Shown piece after piece: positions 52,226 through 64,000 of a stretch of 64,000 bases of DNA (within the stretch, counting starts at the first letter, position 1; the number at the start of each line of letters is the position of its first letter). A program made the position numbers and the translations under genes. This stretch comes from Octopus sinensis. Taxonomy: Eukaryota. Where the stretch lies: positions 62,248,001 through 62,312,000 of the forward strand of contig NC_043008.1 of assembly GCF_006345805.1 (NCBI RefSeq), given 5' to 3'. The notes below the pieces were generated by a model. The model had not been told where the DNA came from and searched no databases. It saw only the letters and a list, made by a program, of their open reading frames with translations.

Positions 52226-52429
52226 CTTTTCTGGAAGTGTTTCTGTAGTTCACACTATTTCATTCCGATCAATGAAGCACATCTAATTTTGGTTATATAT
52301 ATATATATGTATGTATATATTCATTGCCCACACACGCACGTGCATATATAAAGTCAATGCCTGCATACAGGTAATACCTTTCACTGAGTGACGTGCAATA
52401 TATATATATAGTCTATTTTCAGATACTGT

Positions 52430-53388
52430 CACCGCAATCCTAGGCAATCATCCATGTTCAGGGAAGAATCCAGGCCTCTGACTTAGTACTAGGACCATTC
52501 CAGCTAAAACCTATCACGAGCCGAGAGTGTTCCCGCTGATCTGGGAGGATTATAAAGACATTTCGATAAAATATTCGCCGAAGAATCCAAAGTCAGAACA
52601 AGTGGATGAAATCCTACTACTTCAATGAGTCGGCTAACGGAAGGAGACAATGTCAGACGGATTGGTTAAGAAGGTGCAGCTGAAGTAACAACTGGGCTGA
52701 CGGTTGTCCGTTGCAGTTGTCTTGCCTGCTCCTCCATGTCATATTTCACATAAGCTGCATAGGATGTCTTGAAGACCAAAGTATGTGGTTCAATTCTGGC
52801 AAGTCAGGGCCCACTCTAACCAAAACCACACCTCCGACATTCTATCACCGATGTAAAGAATACAAGGAAATCAGAAGGAAGCGACGACGAAGATGCTTCA
52901 TGTATGTGTGCAGATAGATATGCAAATATGTGTGTATAGATAGATTTGTGTATGTGTGCTGGGGTGGACCCAAGGGCTGTGAGAGCACGTGCCTCCTCAA
53001 GAAAAGAAGTACGCCCTTCAAAATAATATTATTACGCCCTTTTCTCCTGGAACTGTATTCCCTTTTGACCTTGTGTAAATATGTTTGCAAATTGTATTTT
53101 GTTACATGTTATTCTGTGTTCTGAATACTTTTGTTTTAATAAATGTTGCTTACTGCAAGTTATGGATGATTCTTTTATGACTTCATTGCTTTCAGGCTTA
53201 GCTTAAGGTATTTTCGCGCCCAACATCACAAAATGCGTCTGAATAAACATTGCCGGACAGCAAATAGAGACTCGGACATTGCTTAGAAAATATTTTTCAT
53301 TTTTAACCTCGTATATAGTACGCACAAGGGATTTTGACCCTTAGATTTTTTGGGGAAAAATGCGGATTATACACGAGGATTTACAGTA
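52430..53388 (+). mobile_element. Possible Tc2/pogo-type DNA transposon relic
   Basis: Ends aaatgcggattatacacgaggatttacagta with an internal subterminal inverted copy at ~53305; upstream CpG-retaining sequence with acidic-tail reading SEGSDDED; no clear DDE motif. Confidence 0.35.
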
Positions 53389-54814
53389 TGTGTATGTTAC
53401 GTACATGCATATTGCTTCTCTTTCTATAAACGCTGTTTTACAACCGCCGTTTCATCCCGTCTTTCACATTTCGAGTTTTTAGGTTGCTGTCTGAACCTTT
53501 CTTTTATCTTTAATTTCATAAATTATATTTTAAATTATTCCAATTAAGTCCTGTTTACGGATCTTTCTTGTTTTTCATTTTTCCTCCCATCAAATAATTT
53601 TATTCATATTTTATAACTCAAAAAAAAAAATTAAATTAAATCAAAAGAAAGAAAAACCTGAGGGAAATACAGAATCTTTAGAAAAAGAAGCAAATATCTG
53701 TTAAGAACAAATAATGTTACAGCGGTTTCATTGCATCAGCATAATTTCATGGTATTTCACATAATTTAAAGAGCTCTCTTAATCTCGTTGCAGCTATACA
53801 TGTCATGTTTACATCTCGGAGGGCGATTTCAGCAAATATTTATCTATTAAGTGTAAAACTAAACATGATTCAATTTCAACTGAACAGATCAATTATATTA
53901 ATGCAGCATTTAATCCAGAGATTTATTCAAATTTTAAGTATTGAACATCGTTTTCCTCACATATCAGATATTTATACTCTACACACATTACCCTCCTCTG
54001 TCACTCTTTTTATTACTTTCTCTATATGTAGATATATACGTCTGTGTGCATGCACATGACCTTGTTTGCTTACATATTGTAATTTATTTAATTCTGGTGA
54101 CTTTCCTCAAGCAATTTCTCTTTTTCTCGGTTCTATAACTCTTCTCTCTCTCTCTTTCTCTTTCTGTCTACCTCTGTCTCTCTTTTTCTACTATCTTTGT
54201 TCTCAACATTCTTCCTATTTACCTTCTTACCTTTCTTTTTTCCTCCAGTTCTCTCAGAGAACACAATTATCTCTCCACCTCTCCAGTTTTCCACGCATTT
54301 GTTCGAGAGCCACCGCTCGAGCACTTAGAATTATATGCCCTTATCTTTCTAGCAACACTCATTAACGCTATTGTTTTGTAGTGTTTTGTTCTCTTATGAT
54401 TTTGTCGTAAAAGATGTATGCTATCATTTCTGTGTCCTAATTGCGACGACATCACTGTGAACTTTTCATGTTCTTCGTGTCTCGTATCAACTTTTCAATG
54501 CCTAACAACCTAATGATTGTTAATCACTGGAGCTAGCAGGATGTCATTCGATATTGAAACCACAGAGATCCTCCAGCAAACAGCTGAAGAGGAGTGAACT
54601 TTTGTTTGCTAGATCTCATATTTGTTTTTATCATTTTTACCTGATTTTTTTTGCAACTTTGTATGCTAATACACACCTAGCTTTGTTTTCCTTCATATAC
54701 ACACAAACACGCATATTGCACCTGTAATTTTCAATCTTTACTGCACCACAATCATCTTTGTAGATAGACAGATAAATCAGTGTTAATGTACTTGAGAGAA
54801 GAGGTAAAAAGTAG

Positions 54815-55020
54815 AATTACCTTCTCGGGTAACACTAGCTCATAATGTCTGGTTTCCCTGCTTCAAAGCGTATATATTTCCCACCTGGACGGGATCCCGA
54901 TCTATCGCAAGATTACTCATTTTTGCAAGAACATGACGCATTACTCGGTCCACAAATCAAAACCACAATTTTATGATCATGAGTCCAACACCCTAAGCAT
55001 TAAGCCACACACCTCCACTG
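54815..55020 (-). mobile_element. V-domain-like SINE, internally deleted
   Basis: Reverse complement related to the 4678 element. Confidence 0.6.
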
Positions 55021-55321
55021 TACTTGAGAGAGAAGGAAAAGAAATATGTCCACTGATTCTTTGCAAAAGAGATAGGTGAGAAACTTTGAAATTTAAATCA
55101 ACTGAAATTAATAAAATATAGAAAGTAAGAAAGGAATGAGTAGTAAAGACATTCGTTGGAGAGTACGGCAGACTAGCTCTAGACACTTTTAGGTGTTATT
55201 ACAACTCTTCAGCATAGTATAGTCTTGTTTGTACTTATCAGTCATTCTAATGCCTAAGGTATATGTTGGTATGTGTAAGGTGGGAGGTAGAATATTGGTT
55301 GAGAGATTGGTAGGTTGGTTA

Positions 55322-55910
55322 GGCAGCGAGCTAGCAGAATCGTTAGCATGCCGGACGAAATGTTTAGCAGTATTTCGTCTGCCGCTACGTTCTGAGTTCA
55401 AATTCTGCCGAGGTCGACTTTGCCTTTCATCCTTTCGGGGTATATAAATTAAGTACCAGTTACGCACTGGGGTCGATATAATCGACTTAATCCATTTGTC
55501 TGTCTTTGTTTGTCCTCTCTGTGTTTAGCCTCTTGTGAGTAGTAAAGAAATAGGTATTTCGTCTGTCGCTACGTTCTGAGTTTAAATTCCGCCGAGGTCG
55601 ACTTTGCCTTTCATCCTTTCGAGGTCGATTAAATAAGGACCAGCTACGCACTGGGGTCGATGTAATCGACTTAATCCGTTTGTCTGTCCTTGTTTGTCCC
55701 CTCTGTGTTTAGCCCCTTGTGGGTAGTAAAGAAATAGAAATAGGTATTTCGCCTGTCTTCTGAGTTCAAATTCCGTTTAGGTCGACTTTGCCTTTCATCC
55801 TTTTATCCTTTCGTTGTCGATAAATTAAGTACCAGTTGTGTACTGGAATCGATTTAATCGACTGGCCCCTCCTCTCCCAAAATTTCGGGCCTTATGCCTA
55901 GAGTAGAAAA
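55322..55910 (+). mobile_element. SINE family B trimer (one full unit plus two headless units)
   Basis: Junction aaagaaataggtatttcg at ~55545 and ~55735. Confidence 0.85.
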
Positions 55911-57156
55911 AGATAGGTAATTTGGTTGGTTGGTAGATAAGTAGGTAGGGATATAGGTATGTAGGTTAGTAATTTGGTAAATAGTTATATGGCTGGATTG
56001 GTAGTTTATGACATAGGTAATGGTGGGATGTAAACAAAAAGAGGATAGGTAGGGAGACAGTCAAGTAGGTATGGAGGAAGTCATGTTGGTATGGAGATAA
56101 TTAGTTCTATACATCAACATGTAGGTAAATAGGTAGGGAGGAAGGTAAGTTAAAAAGTAAGGTAAGTGAAAAGTAAGGTTAGTGAAAAGGTAGTTCGGTA
56201 GATAGGCATATATTTACACATGTATTCATTTAAACACAGACAGACTGACAAGCTGACTGGGAGACAGACATGCACGTAGGTACACAAAAGAAATTATAAC
56301 TATACACGTAAGACAAATACATGGGATACGCTGCTGTAGTAATCAAACTGACTATGAGTTTAAATGTAGAAAAGCTGGAAGATATTGCCATTAATTTATA
56401 ATGAATGGATGATGTATAAGTTCGTTAAGATATAAGAGAAAACAGTACGCAGATTTCCAAAGTCAAAGGGAGACTATATTTTGATGAAAAGGAGAAAATT
56501 AGCTGCCAATAGCTATTTGTTAAAGGATTTGTTTGATGGTAGTCTGAAGACAGATGCGGTATTATTCTAGCCAAGGGGAGCACATGATATATGACTGCAT
56601 TTAACCAGTAGATTTCTTATAAAAAAATGGATATACCATTACAAGCATATCAGTGCCAAAATGTTTCTTATATAATTCTTCAGAAAATTTTTTTGAATTA
56701 AAGAAAATATCAAGGAAAAATTGCTTTTAGAGTCATATATATTACATATAAGATTATGAGCTGCCTTGATTATACATTGTTTTTTTAAATTATTATTTAG
56801 AGTACCACTTGGTAGTAATACAGGTTCTTTGTGTTTTGAGTTCAAATCTTGTTAATGGTAGCTTTGCCGCCATAAAGGGTATTTGGTCATCATCATCATC
56901 ATCATCGTCATCGTCGTCATTAAGGTGGTGTGGTGATCTCACAGAATTGTTATCATGTCAGACAAAATGCTTAGCGGCATTTCTTCTGCCTTTATGTTCT
57001 GAGTTCAAATGCCACCATAGTCAACTACACTTTTCATCCCTCTGGGATCAATGAAATAAGTGCCATTCAAGCACTAGGGTTAAAGTAACTGTCTAATCAG
57101 CCTCCCACAAAATTTCAGTTTGTGCCTATAACAAAAAGGATTATTATTATTATTAC

Positions 57157-57206
<50 letters not shown>

Positions 57207-57654
57207 TATTATTATTATTGAGAAGTTAAATATTGTGTGTCTATTTAAGTTATGTTTGTGTTGTTGTTTTAAAAACAATCTGACTATAGACATATCTACA
57301 TTTAAAAAATATTCATCTGGTAAAGGCGTTACACATTGTGTAGTAGTCAGAGGTCAGGCTTATGCCCGTTAGATCAGGGTTTTGGTTCTCAGATCAGGTA
57401 GAATGTTGTGCGCTTTGGCAAAGAGCTTCATTTCATATTACTCCATCCACTCAACCGCAAAATGAGAAGTAATGGCAGTTGAAACTTAAACTTTGTGATG
57501 GATTAGCATCTCACAGATTGGATCTCATTCAGGACATACTCTTGTAATCTCGTTTGCCACAGAAATCAAGAGAAGCTCTGGATTCATGAGCCTGGAGGCT
57601 CAAAGCAGACATGTCGACTTAAAATATTTCGATATTCTGAACTAAATTTCTACA

Positions 57655-58331
57655 TATGTTTTCTTCCTATTCCTTAAGAGGGTATAATGTAATTTAAGAG
57701 TGATTTGGCTATTAATTTCTAAGAAGAAAGAACACTGTATAGGAGATTTTTACGTTTATATATTTGTTTTGCAAGATTCTTGATGTGAAATCATGTGTTG
57801 AAACATATATTGTTGTATTTAGGAATGGTCATTTTGCCAGTTTAGCCAATAAAAACACACGCACTATATATTTGGTGTTAATTTGCTTCAGCTTTATTTA
57901 TTTTTTACATTAATCTTAATCTTATTTCAACCAAAGTTCTTTCGTCACACTTCTGTGATCTCATCAGTGGCCCTTTACTTTCTTCTTTCTTATTTGCGTG
58001 TCTCTCCTTACTAACGATCAGCCGTTTTGTATTTTGTATTCTTATTGTATGTGTCTTTATTTGCACATGCGTATACCCCTATGTGTGTGTATGTTTAGTT
58101 CGTGTGTGTGTGGTGGGGAGTGCCTCTATTATCTGTATCTCCTGTTTATACACGTTCGTGTAATTTGTTTTTGTTTATTTTGTTCATGTGTTTATACTTC
58201 TGGCCAAAATAAGATTAAGATTAATGCAAAAAATATATAAAGCTGAAGCAAATTAACACCAAATATATAGTGCATGCGTTTTTATTGGCTAAACTGGCAA
58301 AATGACCACCCCTAAATACAACAATATGTAT
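57655..58331 (-). mobile_element. Non-autonomous Penelope-like element with a hammerhead and a 130-bp inverted arm
   Basis: 57804-57933 is inverted to 58201-58331; hammerhead at 57929-57972. Confidence 0.65.
57929..57972 (-). ncRNA. Type I hammerhead ribozyme motif
   Basis: GGCCA-CTGATGA-GATCACA-gaag-TGTGAC-GAAA-G-aa-CTT-TGGTT; stems I, II and III all pair. Confidence 0.65.
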
Positions 58332-58493
58332 AGGAAATTTTATGCCATAGTTAACAGTGATCAGCTGGAAAAATATGAAATATATATCTAAATTGATGAG
58401 AATATCTAAGTTGATACACTGAGAGTAAAAGTATATAACATCAATACTGGAGGTGATGAGTTAATCTAACTCCAGATTATCAAATATAGAAGA

Positions 58494-58641
58494 CTAGCAG
58501 TATAACCCGGCTTTGCCCGGGATTAAGTTCGGATTATTAAGATAATCAAGTTCTTTATTTCAAACCAAACTAAGTAACATCGACGTCAAATATGGGCGAA
58601 AACTGTTGAAATTGGTTTATATACATATACATACATATATA

Positions 58642-58702
<61 letters not shown>

Positions 58703-59721
58703 ATATATAAACTTACTTGGAGAAAAGAAACGGAACGACGCGAGGGCGCTTAGTCATACAATAATTTAATAAATAAAATATATGTATACATACATACATA
58801 CATATATGTACGTACCTACATCTACATGTATATATACATGCATATATATATATATATATGAGTACAGGACACCACAAATAAACGTAGAACTCAACGAGAA
58901 ACGAAAGCATAAAAACAAACTAGGAAACGGACTTTTTTTAACAACGAAAATTCAGAGTACAAGACAAACAATACAAGGAATATTCCCCTTCATCAGCTGT
59001 CCCTGGTTCGACTCAATGCGTGTTTCGAAGGTAAGGACAGAACACGATCCGGTCGAACCAATCCTTCCTGCAAAAGAATTAAATAAAATTTCTTTGCAGA
59101 GGGATAAAAACAAGGAAAGAAAAAATGTGACAAGAACAGGACGTAAAAGCAATACAAATAAAAATACAAATACAAATAAAAATACAAATACAAAATAAAA
59201 ATACAAATACAAATAAAAATACAGTACACATAAAGAATAAAAACAGGACAATGAAACCAACATTGAGGGCTTTTTTTAAGCCCAGACGATGGAAAATTCG
59301 GAGCGCAAGAAAAAGTCGTGTTGACTTGTATGGGCAACACACATACACATACGTACGTACACATATTGCCTACATGTTCGTGTGTGTGTGGGGGGGTTTG
59401 CCCGTATATCAACAAAACACTTTTTTCCTCAATGGAAAAAACAACAACAAAAGTCTTAACAAAAACTTACTCGTCGCTTGAAGGGGACTTAACTCCTGTT
59501 TACAAACAATGGTGATTTCTCCGACTTGAAAATTGTTAAAAGTTTTGGTTGAAAATTTATTTTTACTGCTATTCGCTGGTAAAAATAAGTTGACGAAAAT
59601 ACAGCTAGGATCATGACGAATGTCCTCCTAAAATTGGAACGACATGCGTGCTAATTTGTGGACGTGCATAAATTACATTCACGTACACACACACACACAT
59701 CCTGCCTTTTATATATACAGA
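58494..59721 (-). mobile_element. Non-autonomous Helitron with internal microsatellites and a nested repeat
   Basis: Minus strand 5' TC(tgtatatataaaa), 3' CTAG with hairpin cccggctttgcccggg; A/T flanks. Confidence 0.75.
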
Positions 59722-60190
59722 TGAAAGCTTGATGAAGAGGGGGACAACAGGCAGTTTGGTTGGTAGTTATGCTAGTAAATTATCCCCCCAAACAATACTG
59801 ATCTCAAGAGCAACAAGTTTACACTTTCTAGAGCTCTCAATAATGAGACCACTGATATGTCACATATAAAATTGGTATTTATTGGATAGAACTGAACAGG
59901 GAAATTATACTGCCAGTCACAAAGAATTAAGAGGAAGGATAAAGAAAGAGCAAGAGAAAGGCTAATAAAAAAGAATATGAGAAAAACATAAATTGGTAGG
60001 CAAGGTGATCCTTTATTACAATATTAAGTGATTTTTCATCAGTATATTTAGGTTGATGTCTTAAAATATTAAGATAAATTTCCATCAGTAATAAACAAAA
60101 GGTATCAAATGATTAATATATCAGGTTGTTGCCAGTGATAAATATTCTTTTTTGTAGTACATTGTGCAGCATTTAATTTTCAGCCCTAAT

Positions 60191-60210
60191 TTAACCCTGT
60201 TTGCGTTGAC
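60191..60210 (-). CDS. Candidate terminal coding exon, (G)QRKQG*
   Basis: Strong acceptor cttttgcttttgtttttccacag; stop codon in phase 1. Confidence 0.3.
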
Positions 60211-60285
60211 CTGTGGAAAAACAAAAGCAAAAGTATTCCTGCCAGAATCATCTATCAATTACATCTATTATTTACATCTATTTCA

Positions 60286-60515
60286 GGCGGCGAGCTGGCA
60301 GAAATGTTAGCACGCCGGGCGAAATGCGTAGCTGTATTTCGTCTGCCGTTACGTTCTGAGTTCAAATTCTGCCGAGGTTGATTTTGCCTTTCATCCTTTC
60401 GGGGTCGATAAACTAAGGACCAGTTACGCACTGGGGTCGATGTAATCAACTTAATACCTATGTCTGTCCTTGTTTGTCCCCTCTGTGTTTAGCCCCTTGT
60501 TGGTAGTAAAGAAAT
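60286..60515 (+). mobile_element. SINE family B, full length
   Basis: Matches the consensus. Confidence 0.9.
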
Positions 60516-60769
60516 ATATTTACATCTATTATTTACGTCTATTATTTACATAGTGTATCAAAGACTCAATTCTTCAATACATCTGCCTTACAGTATTCTC
60601 TGTTTGTGGTATTCTGCATAACAGTCATCAAACATGTCCCCTCCCCCCATGCACAAACAGACATAGATTCTGTGATATACAAATACAAACATACGTTATC
60701 CCTTTCTCCCTCTTCTCCTCCCCACATCGCTCTATAATTTGTGATTTACAAGATCAGGATTATATTTCT

Positions 60770-60976
60770 TTTACTCTTTTACTTGTTTTAATCATTTGAC
60801 TGTGGCCATGCTGGAGCATTACCTTTAGTCAAGCAAATCGGCCCCAGGACTTATTCTTTGGAAGCCTAGAACTTATTTTATCAGTCCATTTTGCTGAACC
60901 GCTAAGCTATGATGAGGTAAAAACACCAGAATCGGTTGTCAAGTGATGTGGGGGGGACAAACAGACACACAAACAT

Positions 60977-61015
<39 letters not shown>

Positions 61016-61182
61016 CATATATACGACGTGCTTCTTTTAGTTTCCGTCTACCAAATCCACTCACAAGTCATTGGTCGACCCAAGGCTATAGTAGAATACA
61101 CTTGCCCAAGGTGCCACACAGTAGGACTGAACCCAGAAACGTGAGGGTGGTAAACAAGCTACTTACCACACAGCCACTCCTA
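60770..61182 (-). mobile_element. SINE family A
   Basis: Reverse complement of the consensus. Confidence 0.8.
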
Positions 61183-61246
61183 CACCTATCAGCTATTTCT
61201 ATCAGCTATTTCTTGAACATGTTTGAGTGGAATGACATTAGGATAC

Positions 61247-61319
61247 CATTTCTAGCAGGTGAAGTGATTGCATAGAGGTTTCTTCTTTGGTTCTTTAAAT
61301 CAGCATATTGAGGTGCTTC
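61247..61319 (-). CDS. Candidate 73-nt exon, EAPQYADLKNQRRNLYAITSPARN
   Basis: Branch-like CTAAT ~20 nt before the AG; donor ATG|GTATCC; in frame with the upstream exon across a 118-nt intron. Confidence 0.45.
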
Positions 61320-61437
61320 CTTTGGAAACCATCGTCCATTAGCAGATGTCACAGTTACAAAATATAAATGAAGAATAATTGCCTATACTAGGCTTGAACC
61401 TGTGTCACACAGCTGCATACCATTCTAAAACACTTAC

Positions 61438-61584
61438 TTTTCTATAACTAATATAGTTTCTACTGATTTCAAGAAATGCTGCAGAATATACAGCATCAAC
61501 AGACTTTCGGCTAAAACATTCTACAAAATTTCCATTCCCACTTAAAGCATTTTGTATTGTATCTTCATTCATTATTGAGGTCAT
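61438..61584 (-). CDS. Candidate first coding exon, MTSIMNEDTIQNALSGNGNFVECFSRKSVDAVYSAAFLEISRNYISYRK
   Basis: 49 open codons from ATG 61584 to a perfect AAA|GTAAGT donor; in-frame stop upstream; acceptor tttaacag at 61621. Confidence 0.5.
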
Positions 61585-62680
61585 GCAGGGGTCACATTAA
61601 ATCAAATTCTCTTCCCTTCCCTGTTAAATATCCTGCTTATTATGCACAGTGAACATTGAGACGATCTAAGAAATATGATATTGCACAGATATGAAGCAAC
61701 TGTGATTCCACAAATCACATATAAAGATTATTTCAGTGATTGGTTGAAAGATTAGGCAAGTTGTAATCTCTTAACCGAAAATCAAATTTATTTAGTTTCC
61801 TGAAAAATATCATTACAGAAAGATCTCTAGATTTCATAAACGTTGCAATCAGATTGTTGCAAATGTCAGGTCATTAAATTATAAACGGCCAACAATTACA
61901 GCCAGATTGTGTTGGACAGACCAAATATCTTCTTACTTTGTTGAATAACAGAATAAGGAAGCAGTTGATATTAGGCAGCTCTAACACTTGTGACAGCAAT
62001 TTGCATAAGACAGCCTGATGTTCTCTCATGCAAAACCTCCTTGCTCCTTAAAGAGTGCATTTTCAAATTAAAATCTGTTGTAATTTTATATAAGACACTT
62101 TTGTGAATCTACATTCTGAACTGCTGGTTAGTAATAACAAAGCTATTTTATTAAATCATATCTCTCCACAATCGTGATTATTTTCAAAATAATTAAAACA
62201 GGCAGTGTATGTTTAGTTTGAAACATGGTTGTGAAATTTGAAGGAAAATATTGGTTTCAAATTATGGCACAAGGCCAGCAATTTTGAGGAAGGATTTAAG
62301 TCAACCCCAGTGCTCAACTGGTACTCATTTTATCAACCCTGAAAGAATGAAGTGTGAAGTCAACCCTGGCAGCATTTGAACCCAACAAGGTATAATCCTC
62401 AACAGGGAGGAGATTTCTGGGGCTGCTCATGAAAAAATCCAATAGAAACCATTGGTGTCCTGACTTTTGGGGTAGGTGCCTTTTCTCTTTTCCTTTTCCC
62501 AATTACAGACATATGCTCAAGGAAGGCCTGTTCACTTGCACCATTTTTGCCACTTTCATCTGCCTTTCAGCAAACTGACAAAAAGGCAACACTTCTGACT
62601 CTACTCTTATCTTCCTCTAAAAGTGAAATATAAAAAGTTGATCAGGAATAATAATAATAACAACAACAACAACAATAATG

Positions 62681-62923
62681 GAATAGTGCTCATGGGAACT
62701 GCTCATATCCTACGCAAAATACTTTCTATGTAATCTCAAGTTTTACTACAAACATAATTTTCTTATGGTTTCTTTAACATTCTCTAGAACAACACTATGT
62801 ACAAAACCAAATATATGGCACCCTAGGCATAACACCAACATGAACTTCCAACTTGTTGTCTCTTGAGGTCTCTGGGTGAGACTTGGAGCCAACTTGTACA
62901 AATGTAAAGCAAAAGTCAAACAA

Positions 62924-62950
<27 letters not shown>
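62681..62950 (+). mobile_element. 3' end of an R4/Dong-like element within an (AAT)n/(AAC)n tract
   Basis: IVLMGTAHILRKILSM* followed by a 3' UTR and (AAT)n. Confidence 0.75.
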
Positions 62951-62954
<4 letters not shown>

Positions 62955-63309
62955 ATAATAATTTCTGTGCACTTAATAAAATCTACCAACCCCCAAAATG
63001 AAGAACTTGAAGTCTCATTTACAAAGCAAAATCTGAACTAAGTATTTATACAAGTGAAAGCAAGTACCGCAAAACATTTGATCCAACGTATTAAAAATCC
63101 TGTTAGTATTAGAAAACTGGAAAAAATCCAACCTTCATAAAAAAAAACTTAAGTTTAGGAAAGTATCAAAATCTTTGAAAATGACATCAAAACCAGACTC
63201 TTGCCAGCATGAAATGGATTAGAACATTTCAGAAATTAAAATTGAAAGGGTTAAAATAAGGTTATACACAGTTTACAGGGTAATGGAAACCAATTTTGTG
63301 TGAAAGTGT

Positions 63310-63481
63310 TTGTGTATATCAATATGTGTGTATATATATATATATGTACATATATATATACATACATGCATATATATATATACACATGTATATATACAAA
63401 TATATATATATATATGTACATATATATATACATACATGCATATATATATATACACATGTATATATACAAATATATATATAT

Positions 63482-63524
<43 letters not shown>

Positions 63525-63612
63525 ACACACACATATATGTAAATATTTATATATATATGTACATATATATATACATACATGCATATATATATATACACAT
63601 GTATATATACAA

Positions 63613-63672
<60 letters not shown>

Positions 63673-63690
63673 ATATCTGTCTATCTATCT
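63310..63690. repeat. Compound (TA)n/(TACA) microsatellite with ~58-bp higher-order units
   Basis: gtacatatatatatacatacatgcatatatatatatacacatgtatatatacaaat repeated 3 times. Confidence 0.9.
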
Positions 63691-64000
63691 GGCTATACTT
63701 ATTTATTTATAAGGACACATCGTTTTTTACAACGAAAATGTAGCCAAGTACAGATATAATTTTATCTATTAACACTAGTTATATAACTAAATGTATTATA
63801 CTTAGAATTACAACTGCAATATTTTTCGTTCTTTGCATTGTTTTATATTTATTCATGTCCATTAATAATATAAATCTAAACAAAAAATTTCATTATAAAG
63901 TCGTCACTTTTTTCTTGAACTTTGATAAAAATTTAAAATATGTAATAGTTGTACATACAAATATCAAAAACAATGATACAAATTGGATGAAATACTACAA

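Noticed and set aside
58975-59040. CTGATGA-AGGGG on the minus strand here and at ~17830 as further hammerheads
   Set aside because: No GAAA follows stem II, and the upstream GAAAC cannot form stem I; at most half-motifs

Overview
AT-rich, repeat-saturated eukaryotic non-coding DNA. The repeat families and microsatellite style point to an octopus (coleoid cephalopod) genome, but this is inference. Nearly all ORFs in the supplied track are microsatellite or low-complexity artefacts. Supported content: dozens of tRNA-derived SINEs of at least four families, RTE and R4/Dong-like LINE relics, two non-autonomous Helitrons, several MITEs and palindromes, an hAT-like (hATm-type) transposase relic, a 5'-truncated Penelope-like element (RT thumb plus GIY-YIG), a 747-bp perfect tandem duplication and two microhomology-flanked local templated insertions. 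Several small minus-strand candidate exons may belong to one or two unidentified host genes (low to moderate confidence). The most notable signal is five minimal hammerhead-ribozyme motifs in four different elements. One sits in a TSD-flanked element that fuses a tRNA-derived Pol III head to a hammerhead tail. Another sits in an element whose inverted arm starts exactly at the predicted cleavage site. All coordinates were read by eye; repeat boundaries are approximate (about +/-10-20 bp) unless a terminal motif is cited.
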